From positions 5,184,001 through 5,248,000 of the forward strand of contig OZ242005.1 in the NCBI GenBank assembly GCA_965204725.1: a DNA stretch of 64,000 nt, written 5' to 3'. Below are positions 1-8,925 of this stretch, piece by piece. Under the pieces are notes generated by a model. The model worked only from the letters and a program-made list of their open reading frames with translations, was not told the DNA's origin and did not search any database. The DNA comes from Candidatus Latescibacterota bacterium (GTDB taxonomy: Bacteria > Latescibacterota > UBA2968 > UBA8231). The stretch's first letter is position 1; every line of letters starts with the position of its first letter. A program made the position numbers and the translations under genes.

Positions 1-1
1 C

Positions 2-880
2 ACCGCGCCAGCGGATGCGGCCAAGCCGGCGACGCCGGCGGGAACGGAGCGAAAAGAAGACCTTGAACTGTCCCAGCAACGCGAAACAAAAATCACACCC
101 CCGATGAACCAACCATTTGAGATACAAGAGATCACGATTTATGGCGGGCACAAGGAGGTGGTTTTGGTGCTGTTAGAGGCGGTTGACGAAGGGACGCCGG
201 TTACCGGAATCGCCGGGTTGGATTCTCTGGCTGCCACCTATGGCTTGATTGGGATATATCGTACGGGTCGAAGGTCCTCTGGTCTTTATGGATACCGTTT
301 TGGGCTGACGTTTCCGCCGGGTGCGGATGTGGCCGCCATTGCCAAAGCATATAGGAACCTATCCTACATACAATCTATCAAATCGGGGGACTCCTTAACG
401 ATGAAAGGGATGCGTCCTTCTTTCAATATAGAAAACGGGGGACTACGGTTACTCGCAAAGGTGGCCGCTGGGACTGGTTCGGGGATGGCTGTTACAGCCC
501 TAGCCGTGGGTGTTCTGGACCAGATATATGATCCTCTAAGTGACCCTGACGCTAACGCTGATAGAGGATTGGGCTTTCTTTTGGCTGGTGCAGCCATCGG
601 CTGTAGTGTCGGATTCCCGTTCGGTGTGAGCTCAATCGATCCTTATGATTCTTTACCCAAGACGCTACTCGCCGGTGTTATACCGGGAGCGGTCGGCTTT
701 TCCGCTTTGCTACAAGCAGACGTGGGCATAGGGTTCTTGTTTGCGTACGTCGTCCCTGTTATTAGTTCACCTATTATGTCTGAACTATCGCGCCAGCTTC
801 CTCAAGACCGCCGGATCTCCTTCGCTTTATCCCCGACCCTCAACGGCGGCCTCTCCGCCGTTACCATGTTGCGCTTTTGA
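2..880 (+). CDS. Hypothetical membrane/surface protein (5' end runs off window); S8-propeptide-like N-terminal segment, glycine-zipper hydrophobic region, C-terminal beta-signal-like tail
   Basis: The frame of ORF 104..880 stays open back to position 2 (TAPADAAKPATP...). Contains TGIAGLDSLAATYGL...YRFGLTFP..ADVAAIAKAY and Gly-rich hydrophobic helices, and ends RISFALSPTLNGGLSAVTMLRF. Confidence 0.65.
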   Translation, partial: TAPADAAKPATPAGTERKEDLELSQQRETKITPPMNQPFEIQEITIYGGHKEVVLVLLEAVDEGTPVTGIAGLDSLAATYGLIGIYRTGRRSSGLYGYRFGLTFPPGADVAAIAKAYRNLSYIQSIKSGDSLTMKGMRPSFNIENGGLRLLAKVAAGTGSGMAVTALAVGVLDQIYDPLSDPDANADRGLGFLLAGAAIGCSVGFPFGVSSIDPYDSLPKTLLAGVIPGAVGFSALLQADVGIGFLFAYVVPVISSPIMSELSRQLPQDRRISFALSPTLNGGLSAVTMLRF

Positions 881-998
881 CCTTGCAACAAGAGAAAGCT
901 CCCCTATGTCCATCCTTAATGTCTCTATTTACATGGAAAAACTGGACAACTAACGCGATGGGGATGCAAATGACGCCTTTCGTCAGGAGGATTGTCTA

Positions 999-1919
999 AT
1001 GCGATCGTTCGTTTTTTATGTTATTGGCTTATTGGGAAGTGTCGTTATCGCTCCGGCCGTCTGTCTAGCCGAAGATTCCAACCGGTTTTCTTTCCCGCTT
1101 CCCTTGTCTCTGGCAGTTGGCGACCATTGGACCTATTCCATTGTGAAAACCCATTTGAGGTATGAAGATGATTTGAAGTTTGTAGGTAGGATCCTTGATA
1201 CGCTATCCACTGAAACTCTGACCATTCGTGTGGTAGAGTCCCTTCAGATAGAGGATCGGACCTATTTTGCGTTGAGTGACGGAGGCTTATACCGCGTAGA
1301 TGAGGAAAAGAGAACTTGGCGGTATGATACTGAGGCTGAGAGCGAGAAGGTCGTCTGGGATATATGGGGACCACTGGAATACAAAACCATCGAGTTTCCC
1401 CTTCCCGGATTGAGTCAGCTAGAACCCGCTATAGAAAGACCAGTGATCGATGAATATGCATGCGAGTACGCATGTTTTTCAAGACATGGCCCATTTGTAT
1501 GGCGCCCAGATCCTGAGTATGAGGAGGGCTATGCTTGGATTTCTACTATTGAGGTAGGTACCGTTCGACACGATTCCTATCTCGGGTACTTTATTTATGT
1601 GCCCTTTGTATGGAGTTATGACGACCTCATCAAGCTCCCAGACTGGGGTATAACCGAACTTTATGTGTTTCAGGACACACCGTATGGGACTGAGTACGTA
1701 CCGAAGGAGACTCTTGTTGTAGCACCCAACGTTGGTGTCGTTTATCATGCGTCTTTCAGCTATACCTATAATTTGACCCTTTCCCCTTCAGAGACAAAAA
1801 AAACGGAATGGGTCTTACAGGACATGCAGAAAGGCCATCCAGAAAGTACTGTTGTAGAGGATATATCCTTTGGTGCGCTAAAGCAGCGGATGACACGATC
1901 CACCTCAAAGGCTCCGTGA
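999..1919 (+). CDS. Secreted hypothetical protein with C-terminal 'TVVEDISFGALK' motif
   Basis: AGGAGG RBS upstream, N-terminal signal peptide, 306 aa, AT-richer than the flanking housekeeping genes. Confidence 0.75.
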   Translation: MRSFVFYVIGLLGSVVIAPAVCLAEDSNRFSFPLPLSLAVGDHWTYSIVKTHLRYEDDLKFVGRILDTLSTETLTIRVVESLQIEDRTYFALSDGGLYRVDEEKRTWRYDTEAESEKVVWDIWGPLEYKTIEFPLPGLSQLEPAIERPVIDEYACEYACFSRHGPFVWRPDPEYEEGYAWISTIEVGTVRHDSYLGYFIYVPFVWSYDDLIKLPDWGITELYVFQDTPYGTEYVPKETLVVAPNVGVVYHASFSYTYNLTLSPSETKKTEWVLQDMQKGHPESTVVEDISFGALKQRMTRSTSKAP

Positions 1920-2354
1920 GTTCCTCCATAAGCAATCGCCGTAGGACTGCCTGCTTTAGCTGGCCGGTGGATAGGCGCGTCCCCGTGTTCAACCACGGGG
2001 AGGCTTTGAGCGAAAGGCGGACATTTCGTATGCTTTCCCTTGCCGTGTCGCTCTTTGACAAGAGAAGAGGTAGGCGGTTCCAACCCCGAATCGCCGCAGG
2101 CGGGTTCAACGCTGATGGCGACCGGACCCGCCGATTACGGGCCTGCGGTGGCGGTGGTTCACCCGCCGCTTCCCGGCCTCGCCACGCAAGCCATGATCCC
2201 AGCACCCCCTGAGCATCTGCAATCTGTCCGGGCAGCGGTGCTCGCGAAGGCAGAATCCCTGCGGGCCGGATCGCGTCCCGTGGTGTGGGTGGTATGCCGC
2301 TGGCGTCTGAGTTATATTTATACCGCCCAAGCAAAAAGCGGAGGTCCATAGCGA

Positions 2355-4769
2355 ATGCTCGGAAGAAAAAATAGAAACCCGAACCAAGAGATCGAAGAGT
2401 ATCGGGATTTAATGCAGGTCCCGGACCGCTTTGAGAACGGCTTTACGATCAAGGCCGTCCTCGGCGTCCTCTTCGTCTCCTTTATCATGGTGCCGGGCAA
2501 TATGTACCTGAGCCTGATGATCGGCGGCTCTTTGGGGGCGGCAGCCGAGTGGGTGACCATCATCCTCTTCGCCGAAATCACCAAGCGCTCCTTTTCCTCC
2601 CTGCGCCGCCAAGAAGTCTATGTGCTGTTCTACGTGGCCGCCTCCCTGATCGCCGCCGAGACCGGCGCCTTTGAGGGCTTGCTCTACAACCAGTACTTGG
2701 TGCAATCGCCAGCCGCCAAGCAGTTCGGCATCACCAAGCTGATTCCCACGTGGGTGGCACCGCAGCCCGACTCCCTCGCCATCATCGAGCGCACCTTCCT
2801 GCACTCGGATTGGGCGATGCCCATCGTCCTCCTCGTCTTGGGGATGATCATCTCGCGCGTCAACTGGTTCACCATGTCATACGCGCTCTTCCGGCTTAGC
2901 TCCGACTACGAGCGCCTGCCCTTCCCCTTCGCGCCCGTCAACGCGCAAGGCGCTACGGCACTGGCCGAGACCACCCAAGGAGTTGAGACGTGGCGCTGGC
3001 GAGTGTTCTCGGCCGGGGCGATGATTGGCTTGGTCTTTGGCACGATCTACGTGGCCCTGCCGGCCATTACCGGCGCACTGCTGACCGAGCCGATCCAACT
3101 CATCCCCATCCCCTTTGTTGATTTCACCCAAGTCACCGGCAACTTCATCCCCGCTACGCCGCTCGGATTTACCGCCCACTTGGGGCCGATCTTCACCGGG
3201 CTGGTGGTGCCGTTCTGGGGCGTGGTCGGCACCTTTATCGGCGTGGTCGTCGCCTCGATTGCCAATCCGCTGCTCTATACTTGGACGCCGCCGTGGCGCG
3301 AGGAGCCGTACCTGAACTTGTGGCAGCAAGGCATGGGCACGGTCGAGACCTTCTTCGTCAACAACGTCGATTTCTGGATGAGCTTTGGCATTGGCACCAC
3401 CGTCGCCATCGCCATCATCGGCATCTATCAGGTCATTCAGAGCATCCGCGGGGCGAGGGCCAACGCCAGTGACGACAGCCCCCGCAGCTTTGCCACCCCC
3501 GCCGGCCGCGGCGATTTCCCAATATGGCTGGCACTGGCGCTATACGCCTTGGCCACGGCCGGCCTAATCGGCATCGCCGCTTGGCTGCTGCCGGGCATTG
3601 CCCAATTTATATGGTTCTTCCTCTTTTTTGGCTTCGTCTTCACGCCCTTTCAGTCCTTTGTCAACGCCCGCCTAGTCGGGATGGTCGGGCAGACGGTGGA
3701 TATTCCCTTTGTGCGCGAGGCGACGATCATCCTCTCAGGGTATCGCGGCGTTGACATCTGGTTCATTCCGTTTCCCTTGGGCAACTACGGCGCCCAGACC
3801 ATGAAGTTCCGCGAAATTGAGCTGACCGGCACTCAGTTCACCAGCATCATCCGCGCCGAGGTGTTCATGGTGCCCATCGTGCTCTTCACCAGCTTTCTCT
3901 ACGGCTCCTATATATGGAAACTGGCGCCAATTCCGTCGGCCTCCTACCCCTATGCCCAGCTAATCTGGCGGCTGCGCGCCTACCAGCAATGCCTCTTTAT
4001 CACCGGCACCATGCGCAGCGAACTGGCCATAGACAAGGACCGGGCGGGATGGACGCCGGCCAACCTAATCGAGAACGAGTGGTGGTACTGGCGAGTGCGG
4101 CTGGTGGATCAGGAGTGGCTGGACTCCAACGGCAAGCGCGGCCAAGTCGGCCCGTGGATGCCGACCCAAGTGTTCTACTCGTACTTCGATCCGGGAGCAC
4201 CCGACATTGTTTCCGAGCGCTACCTGCGCGACGCGCAGCAAGCCGAAGAGGAAATTGTCGCGGGCCTGCCGGCCATTGCCCCGCTGGGGCCGGCCATGGA
4301 CACCATCATCCGCGACCCCCGCCCGACCCTCGAAGTGCAGGTCGAGCGAGCCGTGCCGGCGGGATGGTCTTTTTACTTTGAGGTCGATACCGATCCGCTC
4401 TTTACCAGCTCTTGGATCCAGCGATCCACCGACGTGCCTTGGCTCTTTAGGGCGCTGAAAACCGAGGTCATCGCCTTTGGGGCCGGCTTCGGGCTGGTGA
4501 GCTTTGTTCTGCTGTCCATTCTCGGGCTGCCGATCTTGCTGATCTTTGGCTTCGTGCGCTCGCTGACGTCGCTGCCGCATTTCGTGGTGACCGAGATCAT
4601 CGGCGCATTCTTGGCCCGCTACTACTTCTGGAACAAGTACGGGCGGCAAGAGTGGCGGCAGTTTGCCCCCATTCTGGCGGTGGGCTTTTCCTGCGGCATG
4701 GCGTTGATGGGCATGGCGTCGGTGGGGATCGCCCTGATCCAGAAATCGGTCTCCGTGCTGATTTTCTAG
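2355..4769 (+). CDS. OPT/YSL-superfamily-like oligopeptide transporter with an inserted soluble Ig/FN3-like domain
   Basis: 804 aa, many TM helices; N-terminal GFTIKAVLGVLFVSFIMVPGNMYLSLMIG and LRRQE motif resemble OPT proteins; GGAGG RBS. Confidence 0.75.
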   Translation: MLGRKNRNPNQEIEEYRDLMQVPDRFENGFTIKAVLGVLFVSFIMVPGNMYLSLMIGGSLGAAAEWVTIILFAEITKRSFSSLRRQEVYVLFYVAASLIAAETGAFEGLLYNQYLVQSPAAKQFGITKLIPTWVAPQPDSLAIIERTFLHSDWAMPIVLLVLGMIISRVNWFTMSYALFRLSSDYERLPFPFAPVNAQGATALAETTQGVETWRWRVFSAGAMIGLVFGTIYVALPAITGALLTEPIQLIPIPFVDFTQVTGNFIPATPLGFTAHLGPIFTGLVVPFWGVVGTFIGVVVASIANPLLYTWTPPWREEPYLNLWQQGMGTVETFFVNNVDFWMSFGIGTTVAIAIIGIYQVIQSIRGARANASDDSPRSFATPAGRGDFPIWLALALYALATAGLIGIAAWLLPGIAQFIWFFLFFGFVFTPFQSFVNARLVGMVGQTVDIPFVREATIILSGYRGVDIWFIPFPLGNYGAQTMKFREIELTGTQFTSIIRAEVFMVPIVLFTSFLYGSYIWKLAPIPSASYPYAQLIWRLRAYQQCLFITGTMRSELAIDKDRAGWTPANLIENEWWYWRVRLVDQEWLDSNGKRGQVGPWMPTQVFYSYFDPGAPDIVSERYLRDAQQAEEEIVAGLPAIAPLGPAMDTIIRDPRPTLEVQVERAVPAGWSFYFEVDTDPLFTSSWIQRSTDVPWLFRALKTEVIAFGAGFGLVSFVLLSILGLPILLIFGFVRSLTSLPHFVVTEIIGAFLARYYFWNKYGRQEWRQFAPILAVGFSCGMALMGMASVGIALIQKSVSVLIF

Positions 4770-4770
4770 C

Positions 4771-5763
4771 ATGAGCGATTGGGTGGATTTCGCGTGGCAG
4801 GGGCTGCGGTTGTCCGTGCCCGACGACTGGAACCTCGGCCGGGTTGACGGGGATTTTGAAAAGGGCTATGCCCGCCTCGACGACGCCGAGATCGTGCGCG
4901 CCGAGATTGAATGGCGGCGTCTCAGAGGCCGCGGCGAGGCCCTGCGCCTGACCGAGCTGGTCGATCGCTACTTGGCCAACCTGCAAAAGAAGGCCCAAAA
5001 GGCCGATGCTCCCTTTGAGGTTGAGCGCCGCGCCCGATTCCTCAAAAACAAGAAGTTCCTCCAAGGCCGCGAATACGAGGTCTTTATATGGGAGGCCGAT
5101 TTCCGGGCGTACAACCTCGCGCTCGCCTTGGGGTCTGGGCGGGTTGTGCTCCTGCGGGTGTTGGCCCGGCTCGATGAGTTTTTGCCCGAGCAAGCCGAGG
5201 CCGTGTTCAGCTCACTCGCCGACCAAGAAGCCGAGGCCGCTCACCTGTGGAGCGTGTACGGCTTGCGGTTTTTCGCGCCCAGCGACCTCAAGCTCCAAAG
5301 CCATTCCCTCAAGTCGGGGCACCTCCAGCTAGAGTTTACCCGCGGCAAACAGACGCTGCGGGTCCATCGGCTGAGCATGGCCCGAATCATGCTCAAAGGC
5401 GCGGCCATCCAAGACTGGTACCCGGTCTTTTTTAAGAAGCCGTTGCGCGACTTGGTGGTGGATGTTGTGCCAGAAGCCGTGCGAGAATGCGAGGGCATTC
5501 GCATTGAGGGGCGGCCGCGCAGCCGCTGGCGTCAGTTGCTGCGCCCCCTGCCCTTTATGAACCCGAGGCCGCGCCTGTATATGCGAGGGCGCGTCTGGCG
5601 CGATACCGGCCTCGACAAAATCGCAATCGTTGAGCACCTCTATCGCAAGAAAGACTCAGAAGACGATCTCGTCGCCAAGGTAGTAGATGGGCATTTTATC
5701 GAAAAACAAGGGACCCAAGCTGAGCCGGGCCGCCATGCTGGCGTCGCGGCCAACGCGCAATGA
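4771..5763 (+). CDS. Hypothetical soluble protein with internal duplication (PsbP/DcrB-like halves)
   Basis: Starts 1 nt after the OPT stop; repeated motifs FAWQGLRLSVPDDWNL and WSVYGLRFFAPSDLKL. Confidence 0.7.
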   Translation: MSDWVDFAWQGLRLSVPDDWNLGRVDGDFEKGYARLDDAEIVRAEIEWRRLRGRGEALRLTELVDRYLANLQKKAQKADAPFEVERRARFLKNKKFLQGREYEVFIWEADFRAYNLALALGSGRVVLLRVLARLDEFLPEQAEAVFSSLADQEAEAAHLWSVYGLRFFAPSDLKLQSHSLKSGHLQLEFTRGKQTLRVHRLSMARIMLKGAAIQDWYPVFFKKPLRDLVVDVVPEAVRECEGIRIEGRPRSRWRQLLRPLPFMNPRPRLYMRGRVWRDTGLDKIAIVEHLYRKKDSEDDLVAKVVDGHFIEKQGTQAEPGRHAGVAANAQ

Positions 5764-6118
5764 ATCCCTGCGCTGGGAGCACAACGACACCGGCGAAATC
5801 CAAGTCTTTATAACACGCCAAGATACTTGGAAGGTCAGGCTGCTGTCCAAGTTTTTCTACATCCCCAAACAGCGCAAAATCACCCTCGACGAAGTAGGCA
5901 GCGAGGTCTGGCGGATGTGCAACGGCCGCAATTCGGTTGGCAGGATGATCGACCTGCTCAGCGACCAGTACCAACTCAACCGCAAGGAGGCCGAAGTCTC
6001 CCTGCTCCAATACTTGAAGACCCTTGGGCAGAAGCGCTTTATCGGCTTTGTGCTAGAGGGCGACGAAAGGCCGCCCGACCGCGGCGCGGCCAGCGGAAAA
6101 AAATGGCAAAAGAAATAA
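5687..6118 (+). CDS. PqqD family / RiPP recognition element (RRE)-like protein
   Basis: ITLDEVGSEVWRMCNGRNSVGRMIDLLSDQY...LLQYLKTLGQKRFI matches the PqqD winged-helix pattern. Confidence 0.8.
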   Translation: MGILSKNKGPKLSRAAMLASRPTRNESLRWEHNDTGEIQVFITRQDTWKVRLLSKFFYIPKQRKITLDEVGSEVWRMCNGRNSVGRMIDLLSDQYQLNRKEAEVSLLQYLKTLGQKRFIGFVLEGDERPPDRGAASGKKWQKK

Positions 6119-6723
6119 GCAGGGGCGGGCGATTGGCTCGTCCCTGTTTTCGTCTGCACCCGCACCGGGCCGCCCGCTTCCTCTCGCACGTGCTCAATCC
6201 CGCGCTGTTGGCGCTGTTGGTATTCGGCGTTCAAGCGCACGGGCAGGACGCTTGGCTCGCCGGCGCGGTGGCGATCGGGGCCTTCTCCTTAATACCCGGG
6301 TTGCTACTGTGGCGCTTGGTGCGGTCGGGCTATCTCGACCAAGCCTATACCGACGACCGCCCCAAACGCGCTACCCTGCTCTTGTTGGGCGCGCTGTGCT
6401 ATGCTTTGGGGACGGCCGCCCTCTACGGCATTGACGCTCCGCCGCTGATGCGGGTCACGGCCGCGGCTGGTGTGGTCAGTACGCTCTTGGTCTGGTGGAT
6501 CAATCGCTCCTACAAGATCAGCATTCACGCGGCTGGTATTGGGGGGGCAACCTGCGTATTGTTGCTCAGCACTGGCGGCGCGGCGTGGCCCTGCTTGTTG
6601 AGTTGGCCGGCCGTCGCTTGGGCGCGGCTTTACTTGCGGGCGCATACGCCCATGCAGCTCGGGGCGGGCGGTGCGCTGGGCGCGGGGAGCATGGCCCTGT
6701 TGTACAGTGCTTTCATACCGTGA
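6103..6723 (+). CDS. PAP2-like membrane protein (phosphoesterase-related)
   Basis: ATG at 6103 overlaps the PqqD gene end; motifs KISIHAAG and WARLYLRAHT; several TM helices. Confidence 0.7.
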   Translation: MAKEISRGGRLARPCFRLHPHRAARFLSHVLNPALLALLVFGVQAHGQDAWLAGAVAIGAFSLIPGLLLWRLVRSGYLDQAYTDDRPKRATLLLLGALCYALGTAALYGIDAPPLMRVTAAAGVVSTLLVWWINRSYKISIHAAGIGGATCVLLLSTGGAAWPCLLSWPAVAWARLYLRAHTPMQLGAGGALGAGSMALLYSAFIP

Positions 6724-6732
6724 GCGCGGCCG

Positions 6733-8925
6733 ATGAACCAATTGTATAAAGGCTTTATAGATCGCCTGACCTACCACAACCCGGAAAACGGCTATACCAT
6801 TGCGCGCTTAGTCGTAGAGGGCCAGCGCGAGCGAATCGCCATCGTGGGGGCACTGGCCTCCATCCAAGAGGGCGAGAGCGTCGAAGTCGAGGGCGCGTGG
6901 ACCAATCACCCCAAATACGGCAAGCAATTCAAGGTAGCGCATTATAAGGCCGTTTATCCCTCGACCCTTGAAGGGATGCAAAAGTACCTCGGGTCCGGCT
7001 TGATCAAAGGCGTCGGGCCGAAGTCGGCCAAGCGCATCGTCGAGCACTTTGGCGCGGAAACGCTCGACATCATCGACGCGGATCCCAGCCGGCTAGCGGA
7101 AGTGCCCAAACTGGGCAAGAAGCGGGTTGAGCTGATTGCCGCGGCGTGGGACGAGCAGCGGCAAATCAAGGACGTAATGGTCTTTTTGCAGTCGCACGGG
7201 ATTACCACCGGCTACGCGGTGAAAATTTTTAAGACCTACGGTCAAGAGGCCATCCAAAAGGTCCGCAGCGATCCCTATCGCTTGGAGCGCGATGTGGATG
7301 GGATCGGCTTCCGCATCGCCGATCGCATTGCCCAGCGCCTAGGACTCAGCCGCGACGCCCCCGAGCGTGTGCAGGCCGGCATCCGCTACCTGCTCTCGCA
7401 AGCCGCCGACGAAGGCCACGTGTACTTGCCGGCCGTCAAAATGATGGAGCGAGCCGTCGAAATTTTGACCATCAACGCCGAGTTGTTGCCGCCGGCATTG
7501 GAGGCCCTGCGCGCCGACGATGGCGTGGTCACCGAAGACCTGCGCTATTATCTGCCGCCGCTCCACCGGGCCGAAGTGGGTGCCGCATCGTCGCTAAAGC
7601 GCCTTTTGCACACACCGGCCCAAGAGTTGGTCGTGCCCGCAGAAGACGAGGACGGGCTAGAGTTGGCTCCGGCGCAAAAACAGGCTGTGGCCTGGGTTGC
7701 CACGAGCAAAGTGCTGGTGCTGACCGGCGGGCCGGGCACGGGCAAGACCACGGTCACGCGGCGCATCTTGCGCCTTTTGGAGGAAGGGGGCCTCGCGGTG
7801 GCACTGTGCTCGCCCACGGGCCGTGCGGCCAAGCGGCTGAGCGAAGCAAGCGGGCGCGCGGCCAAGACCATTCACCGGCTGCTGGAATTTCAGCCGGGCG
7901 AGCGGCAGTTCAAAAGGGGCTACGACAACCGCCTCAAGCTCGACGCCCTGATCGTCGATGAGGCTTCCATGATCGACGTGGTGCTGATGAACGCGCTCCT
8001 GCGCGCCTTGCCCGACCACGCTCGGGTGGTGCTCGTCGGTGACATCGACCAGTTGCCCTCGGTGGGGCCGGGCAACGTGCTCCGCGACATTATCGACTCC
8101 GCCAAAGTGCCGGTGGTGCGCCTGACGCAGATTTTTCGCCAAGCCCAAAAAAGCCACATCATCCGCAACGCGCACCGCGTCAACAACGGCGAAATGCCCA
8201 TCGTCGATAACCATGCGGGCGCGGATTTCTACTTTATCCAAGAAGGCGACCCGGAGCGGGTGGTCGAGCGGGTGGAGGAGCTGTGCGCCACGCGGCTGCC
8301 CCGCTATCGGGGGTGGGATCGACGCGCCGACATCCAAGTGCTCGCGCCCATGTATCGCGGCGAGACCGGCGCGCTCAACCTCAACCAGCGCCTGCAACAG
8401 CGCCTCAACCCACACGGCCCAGTGCATCGCCATCGCGGGGCCGAGTTCCGGGTGGGGGACAAGGTCATGCAGGTCAAAAACGACTACGACAAGGGCGTTT
8501 TTAACGGCGACATTGGCACGGTCGAGCGGCTCGACGCGGAAAATCAGGTGCTCTACGTGCGCTTTGACTCCACCTTGGAATACGATTCCGTTGATCTCGA
8601 CCAGCTGACCCTCGCCTACGCCATCAGCATCCACCGCTCGCAGGGGTCGGAATTTCCCGTGGTGGTCCTGCCGCTGACCACTCAGCACTACGTGATGCTC
8701 CAGCGCAACCTGCTCTACACGGCCATTACCCGTGCCAAGCAGCTAATCGTCATCGTCGGCACCTCCAAGGCCCTCAAGCTGGCCATTGCCAACGATCAGG
8801 TAGCCCAGCGCTTCACCACGCTCAAAGAGCGGCTGTGCGATGAGGTCGGCTCGGTACTAAAAGCCGGGCAAGCGGCCAACGGAGCATTGGAAGCACCCGA
8901 GCCGAGAAAGGCCGAAAACTTATGA
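6733..8925 (+). CDS. recD2: ATP-dependent RecD-like DNA helicase
   Basis: N-terminal OB domain plus HhH (YLGSGLIKGVG), Walker A GGPGTGKT, DEASM, GDIDQLPSVGPG, HRSQGSEF. Confidence 0.95.
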   Translation: MNQLYKGFIDRLTYHNPENGYTIARLVVEGQRERIAIVGALASIQEGESVEVEGAWTNHPKYGKQFKVAHYKAVYPSTLEGMQKYLGSGLIKGVGPKSAKRIVEHFGAETLDIIDADPSRLAEVPKLGKKRVELIAAAWDEQRQIKDVMVFLQSHGITTGYAVKIFKTYGQEAIQKVRSDPYRLERDVDGIGFRIADRIAQRLGLSRDAPERVQAGIRYLLSQAADEGHVYLPAVKMMERAVEILTINAELLPPALEALRADDGVVTEDLRYYLPPLHRAEVGAASSLKRLLHTPAQELVVPAEDEDGLELAPAQKQAVAWVATSKVLVLTGGPGTGKTTVTRRILRLLEEGGLAVALCSPTGRAAKRLSEASGRAAKTIHRLLEFQPGERQFKRGYDNRLKLDALIVDEASMIDVVLMNALLRALPDHARVVLVGDIDQLPSVGPGNVLRDIIDSAKVPVVRLTQIFRQAQKSHIIRNAHRVNNGEMPIVDNHAGADFYFIQEGDPERVVERVEELCATRLPRYRGWDRRADIQVLAPMYRGETGALNLNQRLQQRLNPHGPVHRHRGAEFRVGDKVMQVKNDYDKGVFNGDIGTVERLDAENQVLYVRFDSTLEYDSVDLDQLTLAYAISIHRSQGSEFPVVVLPLTTQHYVMLQRNLLYTAITRAKQLIVIVGTSKALKLAIANDQVAQRFTTLKERLCDEVGSVLKAGQAANGALEAPEPRKAENL

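Noticed and set aside
5827-6102. N-terminal extension of the 298-aa ORF
   Set aside because: It overlaps the PqqD gene out of frame; the ATG at 6103 is the coupled start.
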